From IMG/VR virus record IMGVR_UViG_3300023199_000212, positions 1 through 52,958 of that record: a stretch of 52,958 bases of DNA; one strand, written 5' to 3'. The notes below the pieces were generated by a model. The model saw only the letters and a program-made list of their open reading frames with translations. It did not search any database and was not told the origin of the DNA. Shown piece after piece: positions 1-7,158 of the stretch. This DNA is from a virus (taxonomy: Duplodnaviria > Caudoviricetes). A program made the translations under genes and the position numbers. Every line of letters starts with the position of its first letter. Position 1 is the stretch's first letter.

Positions 1-1
1 C

Positions 2-94
2 CTTGCCCGATACTCCCTGCCCATCGGCGGCGCCCTTTTCGCCATGTACGCGATCGCGGCCGCGGCCGCGCACGTTTCGGCCATTCTCGGCTAA
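2..94 (+). CDS. 3' end of a small membrane protein (partial, runs off the left edge)
   Basis: Open frame LARYSLPIGGALFAMYAIAAAAAHVSAILG*; hydrophobic C-terminus. Confidence 0.45.
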   Translation, partial: LARYSLPIGGALFAMYAIAAAAAHVSAILG

Positions 95-116
95 CCCAAC
101 GAAAGGCACCTAGGCA

Positions 117-344
117 ATGACGCACACTAGCGACAGCTTCGAAAACTGCGGCTACTCTCCCGCCGCGGCCGCCGACGAATTGGCGGAATCGTTCATCAAC
201 GGCAACCGGAAGTACGTTCGGGACGCGATTCTGTCCATGCGTCCCGCGCGCGCCGCGGCCGTTGCCGCGTATCTGCGGGACTACCTTGACGGAGATTCGT
301 ACGAAATCGGCTCTTTCCTGAGGATGCTCGCGGATGCGTGCTAG
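117..344 (+). CDS. hypothetical protein (75 aa)
   Basis: ATG preceded by AAAGG and GCACCTAGG; overlaps next gene. Confidence 0.65.
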   Translation: MTHTSDSFENCGYSPAAAADELAESFINGNRKYVRDAILSMRPARAAAVAAYLRDYLDGDSYEIGSFLRMLADAC

Positions 345-1323
345 CGTCCGCGCAATCCTCGCCCGCGCCGATGCGCTCGCCCGCGCGGCGCGCAACCTTC
401 CGACCGATACGGGCCCGCTCGCGGGCCCGTACGCGGGCGAATCGCTCGCGAATCTGCGGCGGATCGTTCGCGCGCGGTTCGGAGAGTACAAGCGGCGCGT
501 TGGCGCCGTACAGGCCCGTACGGGCGCGGAGCGTACGATCCTGCGGCCGCTCTACTTCGCGCGCCTTCCGAAGTACCCTGAGATTCTCGGCTCTAGCGTC
601 AAGGTTCAAGCGGGCGAGGGTTTGGGGGTGCTTACGTCTGTTGTCTACATGGCGCCCGCGAGCGAATCCGGCTTGAACCTTTGCCCGTTCGCTACGGCAG
701 GGTGCGCGGCCGCTTGTCTCGGGCACAATTCCGGCCGAGTGGTCTACACGGATTCGGCCAACGCGCGCCTTTGGAAAACTGCCCTGTACCTTGCGGATCG
801 CGCCCTTTGGCGCGCCCTTGTGATTGCGGAAACCGCCGCGTTGGTCCGCAAGGCGGCGCGCGCGGGAATGATTCCCGCCGTTCGCATCGACGGATCAACC
901 GACACGGGCGAGGGTGCGCGCATGGCGCCCGCGTTGGCGCGCGCGTTCCCTACCTTGCGGCTGTACGATTACACGAAAGACGCGGCGCGCGCGATCGCGG
1001 CCGCTCGCGGCGCGTACGGCGCCCGCTATCACGTTACGTTTTCTCGCTCGGGAGAAAACGACGCGGCATGCCGCGCCGTGCTAGACGCGGGCGGGAACGT
1101 CGCGGCCGTTTTCGACGTGCGCGCGCGGCGCCCGAAGGGCGCCCTTCCCGCGACGTACCGGGGCCGTGCGGTTGTCGATGGCGACGTTTCCGATGCGCGT
1201 TTCCTTGACGGCGCGCGCGGCGCGTACGTCGGTTTGCGGTTCAAGGCGGAGCGCGATCGCGCGGGCGCCCTTGCGGCCGCGGGCGCGTTCGTTGTTCGGC
1301 CGCGGCGGAAGGCGCGCGCATGA
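334..1323 (+). CDS. GP88-family (gene product 88) protein with radical-SAM-like Cys cluster
   Basis: YMAPA..SGLNLCPFATAGCAAACL (CX6CX3C), VRIDGSTD, YDYTK, YHVTFSRS, VVDGDVSDARFLD, VGLRFK motifs typical of GP88. Confidence 0.8.
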   Translation: MRASVRAILARADALARAARNLPTDTGPLAGPYAGESLANLRRIVRARFGEYKRRVGAVQARTGAERTILRPLYFARLPKYPEILGSSVKVQAGEGLGVLTSVVYMAPASESGLNLCPFATAGCAAACLGHNSGRVVYTDSANARLWKTALYLADRALWRALVIAETAALVRKAARAGMIPAVRIDGSTDTGEGARMAPALARAFPTLRLYDYTKDAARAIAAARGAYGARYHVTFSRSGENDAACRAVLDAGGNVAAVFDVRARRPKGALPATYRGRAVVDGDVSDARFLDGARGAYVGLRFKAERDRAGALAAAGAFVVRPRRKARA

Positions 1324-1541
1324 AGTTCATTGCCCATGCGTCTTTGCGCATGCGCGCGAACGGGCCCGCGCACCCCGTGCTGATCTACCTAAACCCGGAC
1401 GGGCGCACCCTCACGATTCGGCGCGCGATCGATCGGCGCGGGAACGTGTCAGACAAGGGAGAGATTCTCGGCCATGCGTTCCTGGAGCATGGCGCGACGT
1501 TGACGTTGACGGCGCCCGATGGCGCCAGAAAGGAAACCTAG
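1320..1541 (+). CDS. hypothetical protein (73 aa)
   Basis: ATGA overlap with upstream stop. Confidence 0.6.
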   Translation: MKFIAHASLRMRANGPAHPVLIYLNPDGRTLTIRRAIDRRGNVSDKGEILGHAFLEHGATLTLTAPDGARKET

Positions 1542-1544
1542 AGC

Positions 1545-1763
1545 ATGCGATTCATCGACAAGGCGGATCCCGCCCACCTTGAGGGTTGCGCCCGGGCGGA
1601 ATGGGCGCGGTTCTCGGAAGACGAAAGGGCCGTTGTCCGCTTCGGCATGATCCCGGCCGATGCCGCGCGCCGTCTCGAAGCTGAGACGGGCGCCACGGCG
1701 CGGGAGATTGCCCTTGCGCTCTTCAAGGCGGCGCGCGACGCGGGCGCGCCGCTTGTCGTGTAG
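1545..1763 (+). CDS. hypothetical protein (72 aa)
   Basis: AAGGA upstream; tightly packed; followed by terminator. Confidence 0.6.
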   Translation: MRFIDKADPAHLEGCARAEWARFSEDERAVVRFGMIPADAARRLEAETGATAREIALALFKAARDAGAPLVV

Positions 1764-1791
1764 GGCGCCCGATCAAAGGCGCCCGCTAGGT

Positions 1792-1834
1792 GCGGCGCCC
1801 GTGCCCGGGAGGGTACGGGCGCCGCTTTCGTTTG
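1792..1834 (+). terminator. rho-independent terminator
   Basis: Stem GCGGCGCCCGTGCCC/GGGTACGGGCGCCGC, GGGA loop, followed by TTTCGTTTG. Confidence 0.75.
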
Positions 1835-1860
1835 TGCGGGCCCTACACGGCCGCAGGAAC

Positions 1861-2044
1861 GGCGCGGCCGCTCGCCCGGGCCCGCAGGGGTGCGCGCCCT
1901 AGGGCGCCCGTGGCGGGCCCGTACGCGCCCTGAGCGGGCGCCCTGTACAGGGGTGCGGTGCCTTGCGCCCTGCTACGGGCGCGTAGGGCGCCCTGAGCGG
2001 GGCGCCAGTATGGCGCGGCCGCTCGCCCGGGCCCGCAGGGGTGC
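1861..2044. repeat. perfect 33-bp direct repeat (1861-1893 and 2012-2044)
   Basis: GGCGCGGCCGCTCGCCCGGGCCCGCAGGGGTGC occurs twice. Confidence 0.9.
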
Positions 2045-2075
2045 CGCGCGGGCGCCGTGACGGTTCCATGACAAT

Positions 2076-2355
2076 GGGACGGATACGGGACGGATAAGCT
2101 GGCCGGGCTAAACCCTTGCGGAATAGCGGGTTACGGCGGATCGGGACGGATGGGACGGGTTCCGCCCTACTGTGGTATAACGTCTTGATACCACCCCCCT
2201 GTATAGGGTTCATTATTTAATCCTAGGGTGTATAGGTACTCTCCATATACCTTGCCTTTTATCCGTCCTATCCGTCCCAATTGCTATAAGCCTAGGCTTG
2301 GCCTAGACTTAGGACGGCCGGGTTATCTGTCCCGAACCTGTCCCGAAGTGTCCCG
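2076..2355. repeat. convergent GGGAC(GG) iterons flanking an AT-rich core; candidate replication origin
   Basis: GGGACGG at 2076, 2087, 2143, 2152; reverse CCGTCC at 2263, 2272 and GTCCCG at 2329, 2340, 2350; AT-rich centre (CATTATTTAAT at 2211). Confidence 0.55.
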
Positions 2356-2646
2356 CGGGCCCTATCGTCTCAGATTGAGAATCGACGTAACCCTAGGCGC
2401 TGCCGGGCTTTAGGCCGATCCCCCACCTGGCGCTGTACACAACGTGTACACTTCGCGATTTTCTTAGTTTATTCCCGCTCGCTCGATCGACGTAACCCCC
2501 TGTGGCAGCCGTGGTTACGGGCGCACAGTGAAATGAACGGAGTTGGAGCAACGTAACCCCTTGCTAGAGCGGTACTTAGGGCGGACGGAAGGGCGCGTTG
2601 CGCGGGCGGGGTGGGCGGTCGTAAGCCGTTGCGGCGCAAGGGGTTA
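2109..2646. promoter_or_regulatory. array of six 25-bp imperfect palindromes TAA-N19-TTA (IHF-like double half-sites)
   Basis: Copies at 2109, 2287, 2388, 2493, 2554, 2622, all with exactly 19 nt between TAA and TTA. Confidence 0.75.
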
Positions 2647-2753
2647 CGGGGGTGCCCGTGCCTACGTGGCGCCTTGCACTAAGATCAGTGAGTGGGGTCG
2701 CGCAGCGCGAATTGAAAATTTCCCCGGGGCAGAAAAACCCGGGCGCAGGAAAT

Positions 2754-2813
2754 GCGCTCTGGGGACTTGTTTAATCGGACGAGGTCGGCCGCGGAAAAGC
2801 GCTCTGGGGACTT
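2754..2813. repeat. 15-bp direct repeat GCGCTCTGGGGACTT
   Basis: Copies at 2754-2768 and 2799-2813, both preceded by GGAAA and followed by T-rich sequence. Confidence 0.85.
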
Positions 2814-2890
2814 CTTTATTCGACCAGATCGAGACCAGGGTGCGAGGAAAGACCGGCGGGGGCCAAGAGTTGGAGCCTCGTGACGAGGAG

Positions 2891-3085
2891 CTAGGCGCCC
2901 AGCATTCGGCGCGCGACTTCTTCGGCCTCTTGCTGTTCGTCCGGATCCAGATCCGGCACATCCTTGAACTCCGACTCATCTATCTCGCACTTGCCGTCAG
3001 TGTACAGCTCGATGATGATCCACCGGCGTTGCTCGCGAGATAGCTGGTTGAATTTCCGCATACAGTCGCTATCGACAGGCCCCAT
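2891..3085 (-). CDS. hypothetical acidic protein
   Basis: 64-aa ORF with plausible composition. Confidence 0.4.
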   Translation of the reverse strand: MGPVDSDCMRKFNQLSREQRRWIIIELYTDGKCEIDESEFKDVPDLDPDEQQEAEEVARRMLGA

Positions 3086-3318
3086 GCTGCTCTTGAGTTG
3101 AACTCGGAGGCGATACCGCCCGGCCGTTGAGGCGGGACCGCGAGGGAACAGCGCACCGAGGGCATGCGCGCAGCTCGCCGAGGAGGAACGACGGAATAGC
3201 TGTCGAGGTCGCTCCCGCGGATCCGGTGGCAGCAGTCGAGCGTGAGGCGAGCGACGCCCCCCTCGCGCTCGAAGTAGCCCGCGATCCAGCGGAGGTCCTC
3301 CCCAGTGGCCCTCTTCAC
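2980..3318 (-). pseudogene. possible degenerate LAGLIDADG homing endonuclease remnant
   Basis: N-terminal DLRWIAGYFEREG resembles the LAGLIDADG helix (compare AYLAGLLDGEG near 36890); remainder not conserved. Confidence 0.3.
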
Positions 3319-3446
3319 GAGGGCCCTAGTCTACCAGCAAGGCCGCGGCCCGGCGCCCGGTCGCTGACCGCCCCTCCTAGCCAGCACATAGCCCCTAAAC
3401 GGCGAGGTTGGCAAGTCGGGCTAGACTGGGTGTGGAGACACCCAGC

Positions 3447-3743
3447 ATGCGCATCAGCGAGTCGATCTACCCGAACGCCATCGCCGACGCGGCCCTCGTG
3501 AGCCCGGCGAGCGGGAAGCGCCTGACGATCTTCCGCATCATCGCCACGAACAAGGACGGCGCGGACATGCAGATCTACCGGAACGTGCGCGGCGTCAACA
3601 TCATCAACCTCGAGACCTCCAAGGGCGGCGTCTTCGAGTTCGGCGAGAGGGGCCTGCGGCTCGAGACCGACGAGGCGCTCACGTTCACCGGCGGCCTCGT
3701 GAGCGTCAACACGATCGTGACCGTCTACTACGGGGAGCGGTAG
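3447..3743 (+). CDS. small beta-rich protein, paralogue of the N-terminal domain of the next gene (putative virion anchor)
   Basis: GGAG RBS then ATG at 3447; aligns by eye with aa 1-100 of 3745-4806. Confidence 0.75.
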   Translation: MRISESIYPNAIADAALVSPASGKRLTIFRIIATNKDGADMQIYRNVRGVNIINLETSKGGVFEFGERGLRLETDEALTFTGGLVSVNTIVTVYYGER

Positions 3744-3744
3744 G

Positions 3745-4806
3745 GTGAAGCACTTCGAAGCCACCCTCTCCGGCGCTCTCACGGACGAGCTTCTTGTCGC
3801 GCCCGCGATGCCCGGCCGCCGCGTCAAGATCCACCGGATCTCCGTCGGCGCCGACGTTGCCGTGGACATCAAGGTCCACCTCGCCGCCGACGACCCGCAG
3901 GGCGGGCGCCTGCTCAACGTCGAGTCGAGCAACGGCGTCGAGCTGTACCTCGACGGCCAGGTCGACTTCGACGAGCCCGTCTACTTCTCGGGCGGCGCGG
4001 TCGGTGAGAACGTCACGATCGTCATCGACTACGAGCACACGGGCCGGAACGAGACCGGTTCGGACGGGAAGCTCGGGATCCTCGTCCCCTGGTACAACCA
4101 CCCGAACCACTACGACCCTCCCAACTACAAGTGGCCGAACATCGCGCAGGAGCGCGACGAGCACACGCCGATCACGGCGATCATCAACCCCTCGAGCGGC
4201 CCGGGCGTCGGCGGCCCGAACGCGGACTACGTCGTGGGGGCGGACCTCTTCCTGCAGAGCGGCGTCAAGATGCTGGGGTACGTCCTCACGAACTACGGCG
4301 GGCGCCTCCTCGCGGACGTGAAGGCCGACATCGACGAGTGGGCGGACAACTGGACGAAGTACGTGACGGGGATCTTCTTCTACGAGATCCCCGACTCCTC
4401 GATCTTCGACCTCGCGAAGATGAACTACTACCGCGAGGTGGTCGAGTACGCGCGCTCCAAGATCCCCGGGGGCGAGATCGTCATCAACCCCGGCACGGAC
4501 CTCGACGACCCGCTCGCGGGTCTCGGGGACATCGTCTCGTCGTTCGAGGACACCGAGGCCAGCTGGACGGTGAACAAGGCGATCGCGACGGCGCGGAAGA
4601 ACACGCACCTCGCTCTCATCCACACGGTCACGACCGAGACCGGCCGCGAGGGGATGCGAAACCTCGTGCAGCAGGCCTTCGACGAGGGCTACCGGTGGGT
4701 GTACTTCACGGATGACGCGCTGCCGAACCCGTGGGACGCCCTCCCGACGGACTGGAGTTCCCTCGCCGAGTGGGTGAGGGAGGCGAATCTCGGAGCGCGG
4801 TCGTGA
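3745..4806 (+). CDS. anchor domain fused to spherulation-specific family 4 (spherulin-4 / GH135) glycoside hydrolase
   Basis: LVPWYNHP, IINPSSGPG, KMLGYVxTxYG.R, GIFF(Y)E, VINPG, DIVSSFE, YFTDD..PNPWDALP: the full spherulin-4 motif series. Confidence 0.9.
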   Translation: MKHFEATLSGALTDELLVAPAMPGRRVKIHRISVGADVAVDIKVHLAADDPQGGRLLNVESSNGVELYLDGQVDFDEPVYFSGGAVGENVTIVIDYEHTGRNETGSDGKLGILVPWYNHPNHYDPPNYKWPNIAQERDEHTPITAIINPSSGPGVGGPNADYVVGADLFLQSGVKMLGYVLTNYGGRLLADVKADIDEWADNWTKYVTGIFFYEIPDSSIFDLAKMNYYREVVEYARSKIPGGEIVINPGTDLDDPLAGLGDIVSSFEDTEASWTVNKAIATARKNTHLALIHTVTTETGREGMRNLVQQAFDEGYRWVYFTDDALPNPWDALPTDWSSLAEWVREANLGARS

Positions 4807-5702
4807 CTACCCGCCAGCAGGGGCGGCGTTCCAGGCTGATCAGGGACGAGCGGCTTGGAGGCGGCCTCTTCGTGCCGTTCGTGCCGGGAGGCGATGGCCT
4901 GCCCGCGCCGGACATGTGGTACGACCCGCAGTGGATCGTCGACACCTACGGCACGACGACGGCGCTCGACGGCGACGACCTCGCTGCAGCTGGCAAGATG
5001 TTCGCGGTCGGTCAGCGATGGAAGTCCCTGGGCTCGAAGGACAACTGGATCGACCTCCACATCACGGGCGGCGGCGCCACGACCATCCAGCACGCCGCGG
5101 GACCGAACGGCCTGCCGTACGTCTTCTTCGACGGCGTCACTAACCCCGGTGAGTGGATGCACCCGAACCGCGACGGCAACGAGCCTGCCGCGACGGAGGG
5201 CGACTTCCACCCCAGCGCGTTCACGTATTTCGTGCTCGCGGCTCGAGCGACCACTGAAACGACCGGATGGCGCTCTGTCATGGGCACGCGCGACATTCCG
5301 AACAACCGGGGCTTCTCGCTCTTCTTCCGCGAGAGCGGAGGTGCGCGCAACCTCCAATTCGTCTTCGGCGACGGATCTATCATCAGCGGAGCCACCGCGG
5401 GCACCTGGGCGGCGGGGGAGTGGATGATCCTCGCAATCATGCACGACGGCAGCGAGGGCAAGCTGTGGAAGAACACCCTCTTCGCCTCGCCAATCGGGAG
5501 CGCCGTCCACGGCTACGCGCCGCGGAACACCGGCTCGATCGACCACCAGGGGACGTTCCAGCTCGGGCAGGACGGGGGCGAGCAGACGCGCGCCGAGACG
5601 CTGGTGGCAGACCTGCGCATGTACAACCGCGTCCTGAGCGAGGCTGAGTTCGACTCGATCATGAGCGATCTCTCGGCTAAGTCGGGTATCGCCGTAACCT
5701 AG
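4803..5702 (+). CDS. LamG/concanavalin-A-like lectin domain protein (virion accessory or receptor-binding)
   Basis: GTGA overlap; WYD, NGLPYVFFDG, FQLGQD, VADLRMYNRVLSEAE LamG-like C-terminal signature. Confidence 0.75.
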   Translation: MTTRQQGRRSRLIRDERLGGGLFVPFVPGGDGLPAPDMWYDPQWIVDTYGTTTALDGDDLAAAGKMFAVGQRWKSLGSKDNWIDLHITGGGATTIQHAAGPNGLPYVFFDGVTNPGEWMHPNRDGNEPAATEGDFHPSAFTYFVLAARATTETTGWRSVMGTRDIPNNRGFSLFFRESGGARNLQFVFGDGSIISGATAGTWAAGEWMILAIMHDGSEGKLWKNTLFASPIGSAVHGYAPRNTGSIDHQGTFQLGQDGGEQTRAETLVADLRMYNRVLSEAEFDSIMSDLSAKSGIAVT

Positions 5703-5725
5703 ACAAAAAAGCTAATCAGCCCGAC

Positions 5726-5753
5726 TTGACCTGTCCCCCCTACGGGGTATAGT
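5726..5753 (+). promoter_or_regulatory. sigma70-type promoter
   Basis: TTGACC-N16-TATAGT with upstream A-tract. Confidence 0.55.
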
Positions 5754-5912
5754 ACCCATGTACACGACACCTTGACAAGCACCTAGAGAGCTAGCCGAAG
5801 CAGGGAGCACGGCCGCGCGGCGCACCGCACCCTGACCCGCACCGACCGCACAGACAGGCTCCGCTGGTCGGCTCCCTGCCGAGGCATCCTCTCGCCAAAC
5901 GCACCTTTTGGC

Positions 5913-6119
5913 ATGGACTGGCACCTGGCAGCATTGACCCTACTCGGCATCCTTCTCGTAGCGCACCGGCGAATCTCCGGCTTCTTGGTGCAGGCGCTCG
6001 CCAGCATCGGCTGGCTGCTCTACGGGATCGACACCGACCAGAGCGGGATCGCCTCCCTCAACTGCGCCCTGCTGCTCGCCAACGTCTACGCCTTCATCAC
6101 CTGGAGGAGAGCAGCATGA
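5913..6119 (+). CDS. small 3-TM membrane protein, PnuC/SemiSWEET-like half transporter
   Basis: 68 aa, three hydrophobic helices, DW..A..TL.G..L...R..GF...W..Y...N.YAF..W pattern. Confidence 0.55.
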   Translation: MDWHLAALTLLGILLVAHRRISGFLVQALASIGWLLYGIDTDQSGIASLNCALLLANVYAFITWRRAA

Positions 6120-6337
6120 CGCGCACCCGGATCCCCGTCCTCTTCTACCCCAACCCCAAGGACTGCGTCGGCCTGCGCCGCGAGCGGCTCCCCTTCGAGA
6201 AGCTCTGCGAGAAGGAGCTGCGCATCCGGCGCGCGATGAGCCGCCGCGTCTCCACCAAGCCCAAGGCCATCCGCCGCGCGCTCCGCAACGACATCAAGCG
6301 AATGATCGAGAGGCGGAAGGAGGCCGCCAGTGCGTGA
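6116..6337 (+). CDS. hypothetical basic protein
   Basis: GGAGGAG RBS, ATGA overlap. Confidence 0.65.
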   Translation: MTRTRIPVLFYPNPKDCVGLRRERLPFEKLCEKELRIRRAMSRRVSTKPKAIRRALRNDIKRMIERRKEAASA

Positions 6338-6491
6338 GCGCAAGTGGAAGTACTGGCGGATCTCCAAGTCCGCGGTCGAGAGCCGCGAGACGGCCGTCCG
6401 AGCGGCGCCTCGAGGCTTCAAGTACCACACGAGCACGCTCGGGGAGCACGTCTTCCGCCGCCCGCTGATCCCCAACGGGGAGCGGCCGTGA
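6330..6491 (+). CDS. hypothetical protein (53 aa; not in ORF track)
   Basis: AAGGAGG RBS, GTG start, MRERKWKYWRISKSAV...ERP*, GTGA overlap with next gene. Confidence 0.6.
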   Translation: MRERKWKYWRISKSAVESRETAVRAAPRGFKYHTSTLGEHVFRRPLIPNGERP

Positions 6492-6757
6492 TCGGGGACC
6501 GGCGCTCCGGCCGAGACCGCCGCGCCACAGTCAGCGAGGAGACCGACGCGCTCTACAACCGCGCGATCTACGCGGAGGCCGTCGCAGAGTTGTACAAGCG
6601 CCGCGCCCGCGACAACCGCCGCGGGATGATCGACGCGGTCACCACCGGCGCGACCGTCCTTCGCGACGTAGAGCGCGAAGCCCGGCTCTGGCGCACGGCG
6701 TTCCTTGGCGCGGTGCTCGTCTTCACGGCAGTCACCGCTGCGGGGATGCTGCTGTGA
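6488..6757 (+). CDS. hypothetical protein with C-terminal TM helix
   Basis: GGGGAG RBS, GTG start, ends AFLGAVLVFTAVTAAGMLL. Confidence 0.65.
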   Translation: MIGDRRSGRDRRATVSEETDALYNRAIYAEAVAELYKRRARDNRRGMIDAVTTGATVLRDVEREARLWRTAFLGAVLVFTAVTAAGMLL

Positions 6758-6924
6758 TCGCCCGCAGCGGTCGCGGCACCCGCGGCTTCAACGCCTTCTG
6801 TCACGGTCGCTGCGGACGTGGCGGTTCGTGCGAAACGACCAAGCACCTGCTGGTCATCTTGGGGGGACGGCGATACCTGTACTGCACGACGTGCGGTAGG
6901 CGCAAGGAACTCCTTGACAGCTAA
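6754..6924 (+). CDS. small zinc-ribbon protein (56 aa; not in ORF track)
   Basis: GTGA overlap; CHGRC...CTTC. Confidence 0.55.
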   Translation: MIARSGRGTRGFNAFCHGRCGRGGSCETTKHLLVILGGRRYLYCTTCGRRKELLDS

Positions 6925-6942
6925 GCTATACAGTGTTAATAT
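6914..6942 (+). promoter_or_regulatory. sigma70-type promoter
   Basis: TTGACA-N17-TAATAT with TG extended -10, 9 nt before ATG 6952. Confidence 0.6.
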
Positions 6943-6951
6943 GCAGGTGAA

Positions 6952-7158
6952 ATGAGCGTGGTCGAGTACTGGAAGGCGATGCCGACGATCGAGCAGCACC
7001 AGCGACAAGGGCTGCGCCAGATCGACGACGCGCTTGTTCGGCTCGCCGCGAGATACAAGCGGTGCGACTGCCTCGAGTGCAGCATCGCAGACAGCACCTA
7101 CCGCTTCCTGCAGGGGATGGCCTGCGAGATCGAACGCCAACTGGAGAGGTACTCATGA
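6952..7158 (+). CDS. hypothetical protein (CxCxxC)
   Basis: AGGTG RBS; coupled to next gene. Confidence 0.6.
   Translation: MSVVEYWKAMPTIEQHQRQGLRQIDDALVRLAARYKRCDCLECSIADSTYRFLQGMACEIERQLERYS

Noticed and set aside
2109-2646. TAA-N19-TTA array as a mini-CRISPR array
   Set aside because: Copies are too degenerate internally and spacing is irregular (61-178 bp)
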